A program made the position numbers and the translations under genes. A stretch of 32,000 nt of DNA, taken from NCBI RefSeq assembly GCF_016127575.1, contig NZ_CP066019.1, forward strand, positions 1,080,001 to 1,112,000. Direction: 5' to 3'. The notes beneath the pieces were generated by a model. The model ran no database searches. It worked only from the letters and a program-made list of their open reading frames with translations, and was not told the DNA's origin. This document shows positions 1-9,845 of the stretch, one piece after another. The stretch's first letter is position 1. Every line of letters begins with the position of its first letter. The stretch comes from Cupriavidus necator. Its GTDB lineage: Bacteria > Pseudomonadota > Gammaproteobacteria > Burkholderiales > Burkholderiaceae.

Positions 1-196
1 CGAGGTCGTGCTCCGCCAGCCGGGTCGACAAGCCGGCGCGCGCCGCCGCAGTGCAGAGCAGCGGCAACGTCAGGGCCTGCCCGTCCAGCGGCAGCCCTTC
101 CAGCAGGACCGCTGAAGGCACCGTCCGTTGCAGGGCCCGGTTCAGCAACAGCAGGCAGCCCAGCAACGGATCGTCCGCAGCCGTGAGCCGGCTCAT
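1..196 (-). CDS. Type I secretion system permease/ATPase, N-terminal fragment (gene continues beyond the window start)
   Basis: This ORF is not in the track because it runs off the edge. The minus-strand ATG at 196-194 opens MSRLTAADDPLLGCLLLLNRALQRTVPSAVLLEGLPLDGQALTLPLLCTAAARAGLSTRLAEHDL. That matches the DPLL...GLPL...L.P.L..AAARAGL..RL pattern of the C39-like N-terminal domain of LapB/HlyB-type T1SS ABC proteins. A GGAG lies about 12 nt upstream. Only 65 codons are visible. Confidence 0.5.
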   Translation of the reverse strand, partial: MSRLTAADDPLLGCLLLLNRALQRTVPSAVLLEGLPLDGQALTLPLLCTAAARAGLSTRLAEHDL

Positions 197-547
197 TGCG
201 GCAGGAGGCTCCCGGCGGCCAGCAATGAAATGCAGGTCGGAAGTGCCGGGATGCACCGTGGGCCTTATCCTGGGTTGCTGTGTGCGCCGCGATGGCGCTG
301 ATTCAGCTTCGATGTCTTTTGCTGGCGCCTCGCATCGTGCAAGGTCAGCCGACGCGTGTTGCCCGCGCGGATTCCGTTCACCCATGATTCCCCCCCCGGT
401 TTCAGTGGTGTGAGCTCTACTGCGAGGGTAGTGCACCAGGTTGCGCGAGCCCATCGTGCAAACAGGTTAGTGCAGCCGCAGCGAGACTGATTCAGGATTG
501 AAACGCCCGGGGCATGCCTGGTCCCTGGTGTGGACCGGCCGGCCCCC

Positions 548-1495
548 TCAACGCCGCTGCGCCAGCCAGATTCCCGCCGCGATCGCGGCCAGCCCCACCG
601 CGTGGTACCAGCGGGGCCAGTCGCCCAGCAGCAGCGTGGACAGCAGCGCCGCGAATACCGGCGTCAGGGTGATAAAGAACACCGGCAACTGAGCGCCCGC
701 GCGGGCGATGGCGCGGTCCCAGGCAAAGTAGGCGAGCAGCGAGGGAATGGTTGCTACATAGAGCAGGATGGCCGCGACCTTGCCGCTCCATTGCAGCGGC
801 TGGTCCAGCGTCATCAGCTCCCATGCCGTCACGGGAGCGCTTGCCAGTACGCCGGTGACGATCTGCGCGAACAGCAGCACGGGCAGGGGCACGGCGGGCC
901 GCTGTTTGCGCAGCAGCCAGGTATAGCCGCTCCAGGCGATGGTGGCGGCCAGCATGAACAGGTCGCCGGCAACCAGGTCCAGCTGGGCGAGCCGGCCCAG
1001 TTCGCCGCGTACCAGGACGAAGGTCACGCCGACCATGCACAGCAGTGCCCCGGTGACATGCCATGGCTTCACCCGTTCGCGAAAACAGATCGCGCCGATC
1101 ACGATCAGAAACAGCGGCGTGGATGCGCCGATCAGCGTCACGTTGATCGGGGTCGAGGTGGTCAGCGCCAGGTACTGCAGGGCGTTATAGCTGGCGATCG
1201 AAAGCACGCCCAGGGCGGTGATCACGCCGGCGTGCCGGCGCAGTGCCGCGCGGTGCTCGATCACGCCGCGCCAGGCAAAGGGTGCCAGCAGCAGCCCTGC
1301 CAGCACCCAGCGCACAGAGTTCAAGGTGATGGGTGGCACCGTGCCGGCGGCCAGGCGGCCGACGATGGCATTGCCGGCCCAGCTCAGTGGCGGGAAGGTA
1401 AGCAGGAACAGCGTTGTCCAGTCGATGCGTCCAGTGGTGTTGCTGCTTGCGGGCATGGGGAGGGAAGTGCTTGCAAATAGCGCATTATCCGCCAT
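548..1495 (-). CDS. EamA/DMT-family (RhaT-like) permease
   Basis: The track ORF 548..1522 is strongly hydrophobic with about 10 helices in two EamA-like halves (LSWAGNAIVGR..., ...LLAYFAWDRAIARAGA...). The track start is a TTG. The first ATGs are at 1495 and 1456 and neither has a clear SD, so the start is uncertain. Confidence 0.8.
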   Translation of the reverse strand: MADNALFASTSLPMPASSNTTGRIDWTTLFLLTFPPLSWAGNAIVGRLAAGTVPPITLNSVRWVLAGLLLAPFAWRGVIEHRAALRRHAGVITALGVLSIASYNALQYLALTTSTPINVTLIGASTPLFLIVIGAICFRERVKPWHVTGALLCMVGVTFVLVRGELGRLAQLDLVAGDLFMLAATIAWSGYTWLLRKQRPAVPLPVLLFAQIVTGVLASAPVTAWELMTLDQPLQWSGKVAAILLYVATIPSLLAYFAWDRAIARAGAQLPVFFITLTPVFAALLSTLLLGDWPRWYHAVGLAAIAAGIWLAQRR

Positions 1496-1639
1496 ATGCG
1501 GCGCCGGGGCGCCAGGCGCCAAGGGTCAGGCAGCCGGGCAGGGGCCAGCAAGCAAGGAAGCGCAAGAGGAAATCGGGCGGCGAATCAGCCCGCCCGTCGC
1601 AGGGGAATCGTCATGGCCTTGCGCAGGCCATGACCGCAG

Positions 1640-2959
1640 TCACATGTCAGGCGTCCCGAGCGCCCGGCTGATGCGCAAGGCGGCCAGCGTGCCGATCACG
1701 CCAGACAGCAGGTAGAGGCTGACCGCCGCGAGGCCGAACAGCGAAGACAGGCCCAGCGCCACCAGCGGCGCAAAGGCGGCGCCGAACAGCCAGCCGAAGT
1801 CCGTGGTCAGCGCGGCTCCGGTGTAGCGGAAGCGGCGTTCGAAGTTCGACGTCACCACGCCCGCAGCCTGTCCGTACGACAGGCCCAGCAAGCCGAAGCC
1901 GACCAGGATGAAGATGTCCTGGCCGGTCGCGCCGCCACCGAGCAGCCACGGCGTTGCCAGGCTGAAGATGCCGATCAGCACGGCCATTGCCGACAGCGTG
2001 GTGCGCCGGCCGACGCGGTCCGCGATCCAGCCGGAAAGCAGCGTGCCGATGAACGCGATGAAGCCGCCCACGATCTGCACGGCCAGCACGTCGGAGATGC
2101 TCTGCGAGCGGTGCAGGATCACCCAGGACAGCGGGAACACCGTGACAAGGTGGAACAGCGCATAGCTGGCCAGCGCAGCAAAGGCCCCCAGGAAGATGTT
2201 GAAGCCTTGCGCGTTCACCATCTGCAAGGTGCTGATCGGCTCCAGCTCGTCTTCTTCGAGCAGTTGCGTGTACTCATGGGTCACCACCAGGCGCAGCCGT
2301 GCAAACAGTGCCACGACGTTGATGGCGAAGGCCACGTAGAACGGATAGCGCCAGCCCCACTCGATGAATTCAGGCGGGGTCAGGCTGGCATGCAGGAACA
2401 GGTACAGCGAACTGGCGACGATAAACCCGGTGGGTGCGCCGAGCTGGCCCACCATCGCATACCAGCCGCGCTTGTCCTCCGGCGTGTTGAGCGCCAGCAG
2501 CGACGGCAGCCCGTCCCACGACCCGCCGAACGCAATGCCCTGAAGGAAGCGGAACAGCGCCAGCAGGTAGATCGACGCGGCCCCGATCGAGGCGTACGAC
2601 GGCAGGAACGCAATCCCCACCGTGGCCGTGCCGAGCAGGAACAGCGACGCCGTCAGCTTGATGCCGCGGCCCCAGCGCCGCTGGATGCGCATGAACAGCG
2701 CGGTGCCGAACGGGCGTCCGATAAACGCAAACGAGAAGATCGTGAAACTGAAGAGCAACCCCGCCAGCTCGCTCGCAAACGGGAAGTAGACCGCCGGGAA
2801 GACAAGCACGGAGGCGATGCCGTACACGAAGAAGTCAAAGTACTCCGAGGCCCGTCCGATCACCACCCCGGTGGCGATCTCGGCGGGTGCCACCTGGTGG
2901 TGGCCGGGCGCCGGAGGTGCAGTCGGCGATGCGCGATGCTGGTGGGTGAGGCTGGCCAT
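1640..2959 (-). CDS. MFS transporter, metabolite:H+ symporter (MHS) family
   Basis: The N-terminus IGRASEYFDFFVYGIASVLVFPAVYFP is typical of ProP/KgtP/ShiA-type MHS transporters, and there are 12 hydrophobic segments. The ATG at 2959 is preceded by AAGGAG with 7-nt spacing, so the 14-aa extension in the track is rejected. Confidence 0.85.
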   Translation of the reverse strand: MASLTHQHRASPTAPPAPGHHQVAPAEIATGVVIGRASEYFDFFVYGIASVLVFPAVYFPFASELAGLLFSFTIFSFAFIGRPFGTALFMRIQRRWGRGIKLTASLFLLGTATVGIAFLPSYASIGAASIYLLALFRFLQGIAFGGSWDGLPSLLALNTPEDKRGWYAMVGQLGAPTGFIVASSLYLFLHASLTPPEFIEWGWRYPFYVAFAINVVALFARLRLVVTHEYTQLLEEDELEPISTLQMVNAQGFNIFLGAFAALASYALFHLVTVFPLSWVILHRSQSISDVLAVQIVGGFIAFIGTLLSGWIADRVGRRTTLSAMAVLIGIFSLATPWLLGGGATGQDIFILVGFGLLGLSYGQAAGVVTSNFERRFRYTGAALTTDFGWLFGAAFAPLVALGLSSLFGLAAVSLYLLSGVIGTLAALRISRALGTPDM

Positions 2960-3136
2960 CGTCAAGTCTCCTTCTGGCAGGAGTGCGTCGATACTGCACA
3001 TGGAGCCGACCCCATTCCGATGAAATTGGCTCTTAAGTCTCGCACTGACAAGAATAGCGCCTAAACTGCCATAGAAAAACGAAAGGTGAGTTCGCCGGCA
3101 GTTTGCCGATATTCCTCAGACGCCACTTCCGAGACT

Positions 3137-4186
3137 ATGGGCCGCTTCGACTCTGTAGTGCCGCCAAGACGTGTGCAGGGAAGACTACTGCTGCGATGTG
3201 CCGCCGCAGTCATGCTGGCGTGCCTGGCCGGTTGTAACGCAGTGCTGCTTGCGCCATCCGGCGACATGGCCCTGCGCCAGCGCGACCTGATCATCATTGC
3301 CACCTGCCTGATGTTGCTGATCATCGTTCCGGTGATCATCCTCACGCTGCTGTTTGCGTGGCGCTATCGGGAAAGTGCGACCGATGCGCCCTACAACCCC
3401 GACTGGGACCATTCCACTGTGCTCGAGCTGGCGATCTGGGCCGCGCCGCTGCTGATCATCATCGCGCTGGGCGCCGTGACCTGGGTCAGCACCCACCAGC
3501 TCGATCCGTACCGGCCGCTGACGCGGATCGACGCAGGCCGGCCGGTCCCGGCAGACGTGAAGCCGCTGACGGTGGAGGTGGTGGCGATGGACTGGAAGTG
3601 GCTGTTCCTGTATCCCGAGCAGGGCATCGCCACCGTCAACGAGCTGGCGGCGCCGGTCGACCGGCCCATCGCTTTCCGCATCACCGCCACCTCGGTGATG
3701 AACGCATTCTTCGTCCCGTCGCTGGCGGGCATGGTCTACGCCATGCCCGGCATGGAAACCAAGCTGCATGCCGTGATCAACAAGTCCGGCGTGTATGAAG
3801 GCTTCTCGGCCAACTACAGCGGCGCGGGCTTCTCCCACATGCGTTTCAAGTTCCATGGGCTGTCCAACCAGGACTTCGAGAGCTGGATCCAGCAGGTCAA
3901 GTCGTCGGGCCAGGGCCTGTCCACGGATACGTACCTCAAGCTCGCGCAGCCCAGCGAGCGCGACGCGGTGCAACGCTATGCCAGCGTGGCGCCAGGCCTC
4001 TACGACCTGATCCTGAACCGTTGCGTGGGCGGCGGGCGGTGCATGGCAGACACCATGGCGCTTGACCGCAGCCGCGGCAAATTCGACCCGTTCGCCGGCA
4101 TCTGCACGGCGCGCAACACCGCGGCCACAGCGCCCGTGTTCGCGTCGGAGTCCGCGCGCAATGACGGCCGGGTGCTGCTGCAGTAA
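3137..4186 (+). CDS. cyoA: Cytochrome bo3 ubiquinol oxidase subunit II
   Basis: A lipobox (LAGC) is followed by the two N-terminal TM helices and the motif FAWRYRE...YNPDWDHS...E..IW..P, colinear with E. coli CyoA. It is the first gene of a cyoABCD array. The start at MGRFD (3137) was chosen over the GTG at 3086, and this choice is uncertain. Confidence 0.9.
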   Translation: MGRFDSVVPPRRVQGRLLLRCAAAVMLACLAGCNAVLLAPSGDMALRQRDLIIIATCLMLLIIVPVIILTLLFAWRYRESATDAPYNPDWDHSTVLELAIWAAPLLIIIALGAVTWVSTHQLDPYRPLTRIDAGRPVPADVKPLTVEVVAMDWKWLFLYPEQGIATVNELAAPVDRPIAFRITATSVMNAFFVPSLAGMVYAMPGMETKLHAVINKSGVYEGFSANYSGAGFSHMRFKFHGLSNQDFESWIQQVKSSGQGLSTDTYLKLAQPSERDAVQRYASVAPGLYDLILNRCVGGGRCMADTMALDRSRGKFDPFAGICTARNTAATAPVFASESARNDGRVLLQ

Positions 4187-4267
4187 GGTGCGGATCCGGA
4201 TCTTCCCTTGCGGTACTGGCCAGCCCCATCGGCCATGGTTGGTTAATTCAGGCCCCAGGTGACAAAC

Positions 4268-6271
4268 ATGCCCGAGCGCTCGGAACTCGCCAATTTGATC
4301 TTCGGCCGGCTTTCGTGGGAGGCCCTCCCGCTGCACGATCCCATCCTGCTCGGCACCTTCATCGTGGTGGTGATCGGTGGGGGCGCAATCGTCGCGGCGC
4401 TCACCTACTATCGCCTCTGGGGCTACCTGTGGCGGGAATGGTTCACCAGCATCGACCACAAGAAGATCGGCATCATGTATGTGATCCTGGGCATCGTGAT
4501 GCTGCTGCGGGGTTTTGCCGACGCGATCATGATGCGCATCCAGCAGGCCATCGCGTTCGGCGACAACCTTGGCTACCTGCCGCCGCACCACTACGACCAG
4601 ATCTTTACCGCGCACGGCGTGATCATGATCTTCTTCGTCGCCATGCCGCTGGTCACGGGGTTGATGAACTTCGTCATGCCGCTGCAGATCGGCGCGCGCG
4701 ACGTGGCCTTCCCGTTCCTGAACAACTTCAGCTTCTGGATGACCACGGGCGGTGCCATCCTGGTCATGATGTCGCTGTTCGTGGGCGAGTTCGCGCGCAC
4801 CGGCTGGCTGGCCTATCCGCCCTTGTCCGGCATCATCCACAGCCCTGACGTCGGCGTCGACTATTACATATGGGCGCTGCAGGTGGCCGGGGTAGGGACC
4901 TTGCTATCCGGCATCAACCTGCTGGTGACCATCGTCAAGATGCGGGCGCCCGGCATGACGCTGATGCGCATGCCGATCTTCACCTGGACCGCGCTGTGCA
5001 CCAACGTGCTGATCATTGCCGCGTTCCCGGTGCTGACCGCGGCGCTGGCGCTGCTTGCGCTCGACCGCTACGTCGGCACCAACTTCTTCACCACCGAGCT
5101 GGGCGGCAGCGCCATGATGTACGTGAACCTGATCTGGATATGGGGCCATCCGGAGGTGTACATCCTTGTGCTTCCGGTGTTCGGGGTGTTCTCGGAAGTG
5201 GTCGCCACGTTCTGCCGCAAGCGCCTGTTCGGGTACGCGTCGATGGTCTACGCCACGGTAGTGATCACCGTGCTGTCGTACCTGGTCTGGTTGCACCATT
5301 TCTTCACGATGGGATCGGGCGCCAGCGTCAATTCGTTCTTCGGCATCACCACCATGATCATATCGATCCCGACCGGTGCCAAGATCTTCAACTGGCTGTT
5401 CACGATGTACCACGGCAAGATCCGCTTCGAGCCCCCCATGCTCTGGACCATCGGCTTCATGGTCACGTTCGTGATCGGCGGCATGACCGGCGTGCTGCTG
5501 GCGGTGCCGCCGGCTGACTTCTCCTTGCACAACAGCCTGTTCCTGATCGCGCATTTCCACAACGTGATCATCGGCGGCGTGCTGTTCGGCCTGATGGCAG
5601 GCATTACTTACTGGTTCCCGAAGGCATTCGGCTATCGCCTGGTCTCGTCCTGGGGCAAGGCATCGTTCTGGTTCTGGCTGGTCGGCTTCTACTTTGCGTT
5701 CATGCCGCTGTACTGGCTGGGGCTGCATGGCGTGACCCGGCGCATGAGCCATTTCGAGGACGCGACGCACCAGGTCTGGTTCCAGCTGGCTGCGTTCGGC
5801 GCCTTGCTGATCGCCATCGGCATTGCCTGCTTCCTGGTCCAGCTGGTGGTCAGCTTCATCCACCGCGAGGAGCTTCGGGACCTGACTGGCGATCCGTGGA
5901 ACGGCCGCACGCTCGAATGGTCGACTTCATCCCCGCCGCCGCAGTACAACTTTGCCTTTACGCCGGTAGTGCACGACACCGACGCCTGGTGGCACATGAA
6001 GCAGAATGGCTACGCGCGGCCGCAGCAGGGCTTTATTCCGATCCATATGCCGAAGAACACCGCGGCCGGCATCGTGCTCGCGGGGTTCTCCACGCTCTGC
6101 GGTTTCGCGTTGATCTGGCACATCTGGTGGCTGGCTGCAGCATCGTTCGCGGCGACGATCATCGGCGCGATCATCCATACGTTCAACTACCAGCGCGACT
6201 ATTACCTCCCGGCCGACCTGGTGGTCCAGACCGAAGCGGCGCGCACACAACGGATGGCTGGCCATGGCTGA
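4268..6271 (+). CDS. cyoB: Cytochrome bo3 ubiquinol oxidase subunit I (heme-copper oxidase)
   Basis: Heme-copper oxidase subunit I signatures are present: [35 protein letters not shown]. The N-terminus [19 protein letters not shown] aligns with E. coli CyoB FGKLSLDAVPFHEPI. AGGTGA lies 5 nt before the ATG at 4268. The track start at 4259 is a GTG inside that SD. Confidence 0.95.
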   Translation: MPERSELANLIFGRLSWEALPLHDPILLGTFIVVVIGGGAIVAALTYYRLWGYLWREWFTSIDHKKIGIMYVILGIVMLLRGFADAIMMRIQQAIAFGDNLGYLPPHHYDQIFTAHGVIMIFFVAMPLVTGLMNFVMPLQIGARDVAFPFLNNFSFWMTTGGAILVMMSLFVGEFARTGWLAYPPLSGIIHSPDVGVDYYIWALQVAGVGTLLSGINLLVTIVKMRAPGMTLMRMPIFTWTALCTNVLIIAAFPVLTAALALLALDRYVGTNFFTTELGGSAMMYVNLIWIWGHPEVYILVLPVFGVFSEVVATFCRKRLFGYASMVYATVVITVLSYLVWLHHFFTMGSGASVNSFFGITTMIISIPTGAKIFNWLFTMYHGKIRFEPPMLWTIGFMVTFVIGGMTGVLLAVPPADFSLHNSLFLIAHFHNVIIGGVLFGLMAGITYWFPKAFGYRLVSSWGKASFWFWLVGFYFAFMPLYWLGLHGVTRRMSHFEDATHQVWFQLAAFGALLIAIGIACFLVQLVVSFIHREELRDLTGDPWNGRTLEWSTSSPPPQYNFAFTPVVHDTDAWWHMKQNGYARPQQGFIPIHMPKNTAAGIVLAGFSTLCGFALIWHIWWLAAASFAATIIGAIIHTFNYQRDYYLPADLVVQTEAARTQRMAGHG

Positions 6272-6920
6272 CACGACCTTTCCCAACCATGTGAGCGGCA
6301 CCGGCACCGCGGACGCGGCCCCGCCGGGAGGCTACCAGTTCTACCTGCCCGAAGACCATCACCCGCAGAACGGGACGCTGCTGGGGTTCTGGCTTTACCT
6401 GATGAGCGACTGCCTGATATTCGCTTGCCTGTTCGCCGCGTATGGCGTGCTGGGCCGGGAGTATGCGGGGGGACCGAGCGGGGCAGAGCTGTTCGAGCTG
6501 CCGCTGGTGGCACTGAACACCTCGTTCCTGCTGTTGTCTTCGATTACCTACGGCTTTGCCATGCTGCAGATGCAGCAGAACCGCATCGCCGGAACCCAGA
6601 TCTGGCTGGCCATCACGGGGGTCTTCGGCGCGGGGTTCCTGGCGGTCGAGCTTTATGAGTTCGCGCACCTGATCAATGAGGGCGCAGGGCCGCAGCGCAG
6701 CGCGTTCCTGACCTCGTTCTTCGCACTGGTCGGAACCCACGGGCTGCATGTCACGTGCGGCATCATCTGGCTGGTCGTGCTGATGACCCAGGTGGCGCAG
6801 CACGGGCTGATCACGGCCAACAAGCGCAGGCTGATGTGCCTGTCGATGTTCTGGCACTTTCTTGACGTCGTCTGGATCGGCGTCTTTACCTTCGTCTACC
6901 TGATGGGAGCGTTGCCATGA
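6264..6920 (+). CDS. cyoC: Cytochrome bo3 ubiquinol oxidase subunit III
   Basis: CyoC-like sequence: [44 protein letters not shown]. It overlaps the cyoB stop by 8 nt. Confidence 0.93.
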   Translation: MADTTFPNHVSGTGTADAAPPGGYQFYLPEDHHPQNGTLLGFWLYLMSDCLIFACLFAAYGVLGREYAGGPSGAELFELPLVALNTSFLLLSSITYGFAMLQMQQNRIAGTQIWLAITGVFGAGFLAVELYEFAHLINEGAGPQRSAFLTSFFALVGTHGLHVTCGIIWLVVLMTQVAQHGLITANKRRLMCLSMFWHFLDVVWIGVFTFVYLMGALP

Positions 6921-7342
6921 GCGCGCACGACGAAACGCTGGACAGCCACGGACACAGCCACGGGCATGACGAGGACGTGGGGCCGCATGCCACGCTGGGC
7001 GGCTACCTGACGGGCTTCGTGCTGTCTGTCTTCCTGACCGCGATCCCGTTCTGGCTGGTGATGGGAAAGGTGTTCGACAAGTCGTCCACCACCGCCATCG
7101 TTATCCTGCTGATCGGGGCCGTGCAGATCGTGGTGCACATGATCTACTTCCTGCACATGAACGCGCGGTCGGAGGGCGGCTGGAACATGCTGTCGCTGAT
7201 GTTCACGCTGGTGCTGGTGGTGATCACGCTGACGGGTTCGCTCTGGGTGATGTTCCACCTGAACAGCAACATGATGCCGACCATGCAGCATGAGCGCACC
7301 ACCGACGCCGGCACTGCGATCGTGCCGCCCAGGACCAAGTAG
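6917..7342 (+). CDS. cyoD: Cytochrome bo3 ubiquinol oxidase subunit IV
   Basis: CyoD-like core: [20 protein letters not shown]...[14 protein letters not shown]...GWN. It overlaps the cyoC stop with ATGA. The N-terminus is His-rich ([12 protein letters not shown]), and there is a C-terminal tail of about 20 aa relative to E. coli CyoD. Confidence 0.9.
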   Translation: MSAHDETLDSHGHSHGHDEDVGPHATLGGYLTGFVLSVFLTAIPFWLVMGKVFDKSSTTAIVILLIGAVQIVVHMIYFLHMNARSEGGWNMLSLMFTLVLVVITLTGSLWVMFHLNSNMMPTMQHERTTDAGTAIVPPRTK

Positions 7343-7357
7343 GAACAGGTCCACGCA

Positions 7358-7377
7358 GGCGGGAATCGGATCCCGCC
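7358..7377 (+). other. Short GC stem-loop between cyoD and the downstream ORF (possible attenuator or mRNA end)
   Basis: GGCGGGA (7358-7364) pairs with TCCCGCC (7371-7377) across a 6-nt loop. No clean U-tract follows. Confidence 0.25.
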
Positions 7378-7401
7378 TCATTCCCGTTCACGGAGCCTGG
7401 C

Positions 7402-8388
7402 ATGCGCGCAACGCGCCTTGTCGCGACCCTGTGCCTGGCGCTGCTTTCCGTGCCGGCTTGCGCGCAGCGGCTGGCCGTGGAGGTCGAGAACTTCAGCACG
7501 CCAGGCCCATGCGCGGAAGAAGACAATGTCTCGTTCGCGCTGTCCGCCGCCGCGGTTGGCAGGTTCCGCATCCAGGCATTGCATCCGCCCTACGTCAACG
7601 CCATCCGCATTGACAGCTCCGCGCCGGATTTCTCCGGGTGCAACTTCGGCAAGACGCCTCACCCGACTGATCCCCGCCATGTCTTTGTGCCGCGCACGGT
7701 CACCCTTTACGACGGCAGGGACATTGCCATTGTCGGGATCACGTTCGCAAGCTTCTGGCGGCCACATCGGGTGCCGGTCACGGTAGCGGGCAGGGCCGAT
7801 GCCGGTTTTCACCTGATCCAGGTGTTCCGGAAATCCGGGCGGACCCGTACCGAGGTCCTGGTGCTCTATCCCGCCGATGGCTACTGGCGGGCGAAACCGT
7901 TGCCGGCCCGCCACCTGGGTGTCAATGCCTATGGCTCTTCGTTCCTGCTGGGGCCGATAGAGCAGGAGGGGCGCCCGGTGGTCAACATCGCTCGGATAGA
8001 AATCGAGCCGCAGCCCTTGGCTTTCACGCTGCATTTCACTGGCGGAGGCCAGGCAACGGTCGCGATCACTGAAATCAGCGACATGCGTACTGCGCTCGAT
8101 GTCCGGTTCCTGCCGGCCTATGACGCCAAGCGCGCGTTCGCGATGCTGCGCTCCATGTATGTTGCCGACGACAACGCAGACGCGAGCGAGGTCACCTGGA
8201 CGACCGGGCCGGCTGGTGAGGCCATCAGGAAGCCGGTGATGGCAGTTACTTCAATGCAGGCAACCGCGGTGCGATTCGGCCGTACCGTCCGGTCGCGCCA
8301 CAACACCAGCGCCCCCGATTTTTTGTTCGATGCCTTCGAGGCGCCCGCGACGGAGGGCACGGCGCCAACGGGCAAGAAGCCGGGCTGA
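7402..8388 (+). CDS. Exported protein of unknown function (signal peptide, beta-rich, no family recognised)
   Basis: 328-aa ORF with an N-terminal signal peptide, MRATRLVATLCLALLSVPACA-QR. CGGAG lies 7 nt upstream of the ATG. Composition looks like real coding sequence, unlike the R/G/P shadow ORFs. It sits 60 nt after cyoD on the same strand. I recognise no family motif. Confidence 0.7.
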   Translation: MRATRLVATLCLALLSVPACAQRLAVEVENFSTPGPCAEEDNVSFALSAAAVGRFRIQALHPPYVNAIRIDSSAPDFSGCNFGKTPHPTDPRHVFVPRTVTLYDGRDIAIVGITFASFWRPHRVPVTVAGRADAGFHLIQVFRKSGRTRTEVLVLYPADGYWRAKPLPARHLGVNAYGSSFLLGPIEQEGRPVVNIARIEIEPQPLAFTLHFTGGGQATVAITEISDMRTALDVRFLPAYDAKRAFAMLRSMYVADDNADASEVTWTTGPAGEAIRKPVMAVTSMQATAVRFGRTVRSRHNTSAPDFLFDAFEAPATEGTAPTGKKPG

Positions 8389-8431
8389 ATCGATCCCCGG
8401 CAACCTCGCGACCCAGCCAAATATATTCATG

Positions 8432-8460
8432 TCGACAATAAAAATTGCGACTGCTATGAT
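8432..8460 (+). promoter_or_regulatory. Candidate sigma70 promoter for the Bug-family SBP gene
   Basis: TCGACA (8432-8437), a 17-nt spacer, then TATGAT (8455-8460). It lies in the only strongly AT-rich stretch of this intergenic region, about 100 nt upstream of the ATG at 8563. Confidence 0.4.
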
Positions 8461-8562
8461 TTGCGCACGATAGCCTGAGCCGGTAGCAATCGCTGGCCGC
8501 CCAATGGTGGGGCTGGCAGCACTTTTCAGGCTGGGGAATAGTCGAGAGAACTGGGGACGACA

Positions 8563-9555
8563 ATGTCATCACTGAAGAAGCTGCTCGCCATCACATTGTG
8601 CGCAGAGGCAATCATTGCCCTGTGCGCGCCAGGGCCGCTGCAGGCACAGGAAGCCTGGCCCGCACGCCCGATTCAAATGATCGTTCCGTCGTCTCCCGGC
8701 TCGGGAACCGACGCGCTGGCGCGGGCCATGGCGCAGCGCCTTTCCGAATCGCTGAAGCAGGCCGTGGTCGTGGAGAACCGGCCGGGCGGCAGCGGGGTGA
8801 TCGGAACCAATGCCGTTCTCAAGGCGGCGCCGGACGGCTACACGATTCTCTACACAACGGCATCCAACATGGTGGTTGCGCCTGCCGTCATGAAGTCCAT
8901 ATCCCAGGAGGCAAGAAAGGGCCTCATGCCGATCGCGCAGACAGCCGCGGGTGGGGTGTTGCTGCTGGTGAGCCCGGACCTGCCGGTGCACGACTTGCCA
9001 GGACTCATCGAGCTGGTGAAGGCGAATCCGGACAAGTACAGCTATGGCAGCTGGGCCACCGGCTCGTCCGCGCACTTGACCATGGAATGGCTGAAGAAGC
9101 AGACCGGCATGAAGACCGAGCACGTCGCATATCGGACAACAAGTCAACTGCTCACCGAGCTTTCCTCAGGGGTGCTGAAGATCGGCTGGACCGATCCCAG
9201 CGTCGCGGTTCCGTTCCTGCGTTCCGGGAAGGTGCGTGGCATTGCCATCGTCGGCAACGTGCGCTCGCCACAGCTTGCCGACGTCAAGACCATGAGTGAA
9301 CAGGGCTACAAGTTCAACACGGTGGGATGGTTCGGCATGTTCGCCCCGGCCGGAACCAGTCCGGCGATCGTGAAGCGGCTGTCCGATGAGGCCAACAAGG
9401 TGCAGGCATTGCCGGAGATCGCGGCGCTGATGAAGAAACTGAACTTCGAGCCGCCGCCGGTAAAGACCTCCGCGCAGCTGGGCGAGATCGTCCGCAGCGA
9501 TCTGCAAGTCTGGTCGAAGATCGCTAGCGACGCAGGGATCAGGGTCGACGAATAG
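8563..9555 (+). CDS. Bug-family (TctC-like) tripartite tricarboxylate transporter substrate-binding protein
   Basis: A signal peptide is followed by the Bug hallmark WPARPIQMIVPSSPGSGTDALAR...VVVENRPGGSGVIG...APDGYTILY. No tctA or tctB gene is adjacent. Confidence 0.9.
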   Translation: MSSLKKLLAITLCAEAIIALCAPGPLQAQEAWPARPIQMIVPSSPGSGTDALARAMAQRLSESLKQAVVVENRPGGSGVIGTNAVLKAAPDGYTILYTTASNMVVAPAVMKSISQEARKGLMPIAQTAAGGVLLLVSPDLPVHDLPGLIELVKANPDKYSYGSWATGSSAHLTMEWLKKQTGMKTEHVAYRTTSQLLTELSSGVLKIGWTDPSVAVPFLRSGKVRGIAIVGNVRSPQLADVKTMSEQGYKFNTVGWFGMFAPAGTSPAIVKRLSDEANKVQALPEIAALMKKLNFEPPPVKTSAQLGEIVRSDLQVWSKIASDAGIRVDE

Positions 9556-9845
9556 GGGCTGGCGCCCCGTCATTGCGGCCTGCCCAGCGGCCCACTGCCC
9601 GCCATGATGGCAGCCGGCCGTCAACGATCCAGTGCGCCTGCACCAGCGAATCCTTGTCATAAGAAGGAAAGTTCAAGGCGTGCCAGGTAAAGCGGAACGT
9701 TGCCCCCTGCCAGATGATTCGATCGTCGCGAAACACACCCAGACATCAACCCATCCACTGCATCCCCAAACCGGTTTGTCCTTCGGCGAGCTCAACCGCC
9801 GATCCGCAGGTGAACGGTCATATTCGATAGAGAACAGGAGACGGC

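Noticed and set aside
51-413. Plus-strand 120-aa ORF at the window start.
   Set aside because: It has R/S/G/A-rich shadow composition. The opposite strand encodes a convincing T1SS ABC N-terminus up to the ATG at 196. The rest (197-547) is more plausibly intergenic.
333-461. 10-nt direct repeat CATCGTGCAA at 333-342 and 452-461, upstream of the T1SS gene.
   Set aside because: It is a single pair of short repeats 119 bp apart with no dyad symmetry or further copies. That is compatible with chance in a 350-nt region, so there is not enough to call a regulatory site.
3002-3136. Sigma70 promoter or FNR/ArcA sites in the divergent MFS/cyoA intergenic region.
   Set aside because: The region is relatively AT-rich and must contain promoters. 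However, no -35/-10 pair with acceptable spacing and no TTGAT-N4-ATCAA dyad could be aligned convincingly by eye.
3185-4840. Very long ORFs antisense or out of frame to clear genes. Examples: 3185..4840(-), 4904..5863(-), 9792..10832(-), 10983..12233(-), 16866..18009(+), 17907..18959(+), 19528..20607(+), 22273..24158(-), 24136..25551(-), 25196..26239(-), 26040..26972(-), 27021..27959(-), 28173..29948(-), 30305..31564(+).
   Set aside because: Their translations are dominated by R/G/A/P/H/Q runs with no recognisable motifs, as expected for stop-poor shadow frames in roughly 65-70% GC DNA. Each is fully overlapped by a gene with strong family signatures on the other strand or in another frame.
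6917-7342. CyoD His-rich N-terminus and about 20-aa C-terminal tail as something unusual.
   Set aside because: His/Ser/Gly-rich N-termini are normal for CyoD proteins. Short terminal extensions are common lineage variation, so there is no functional inference to draw.
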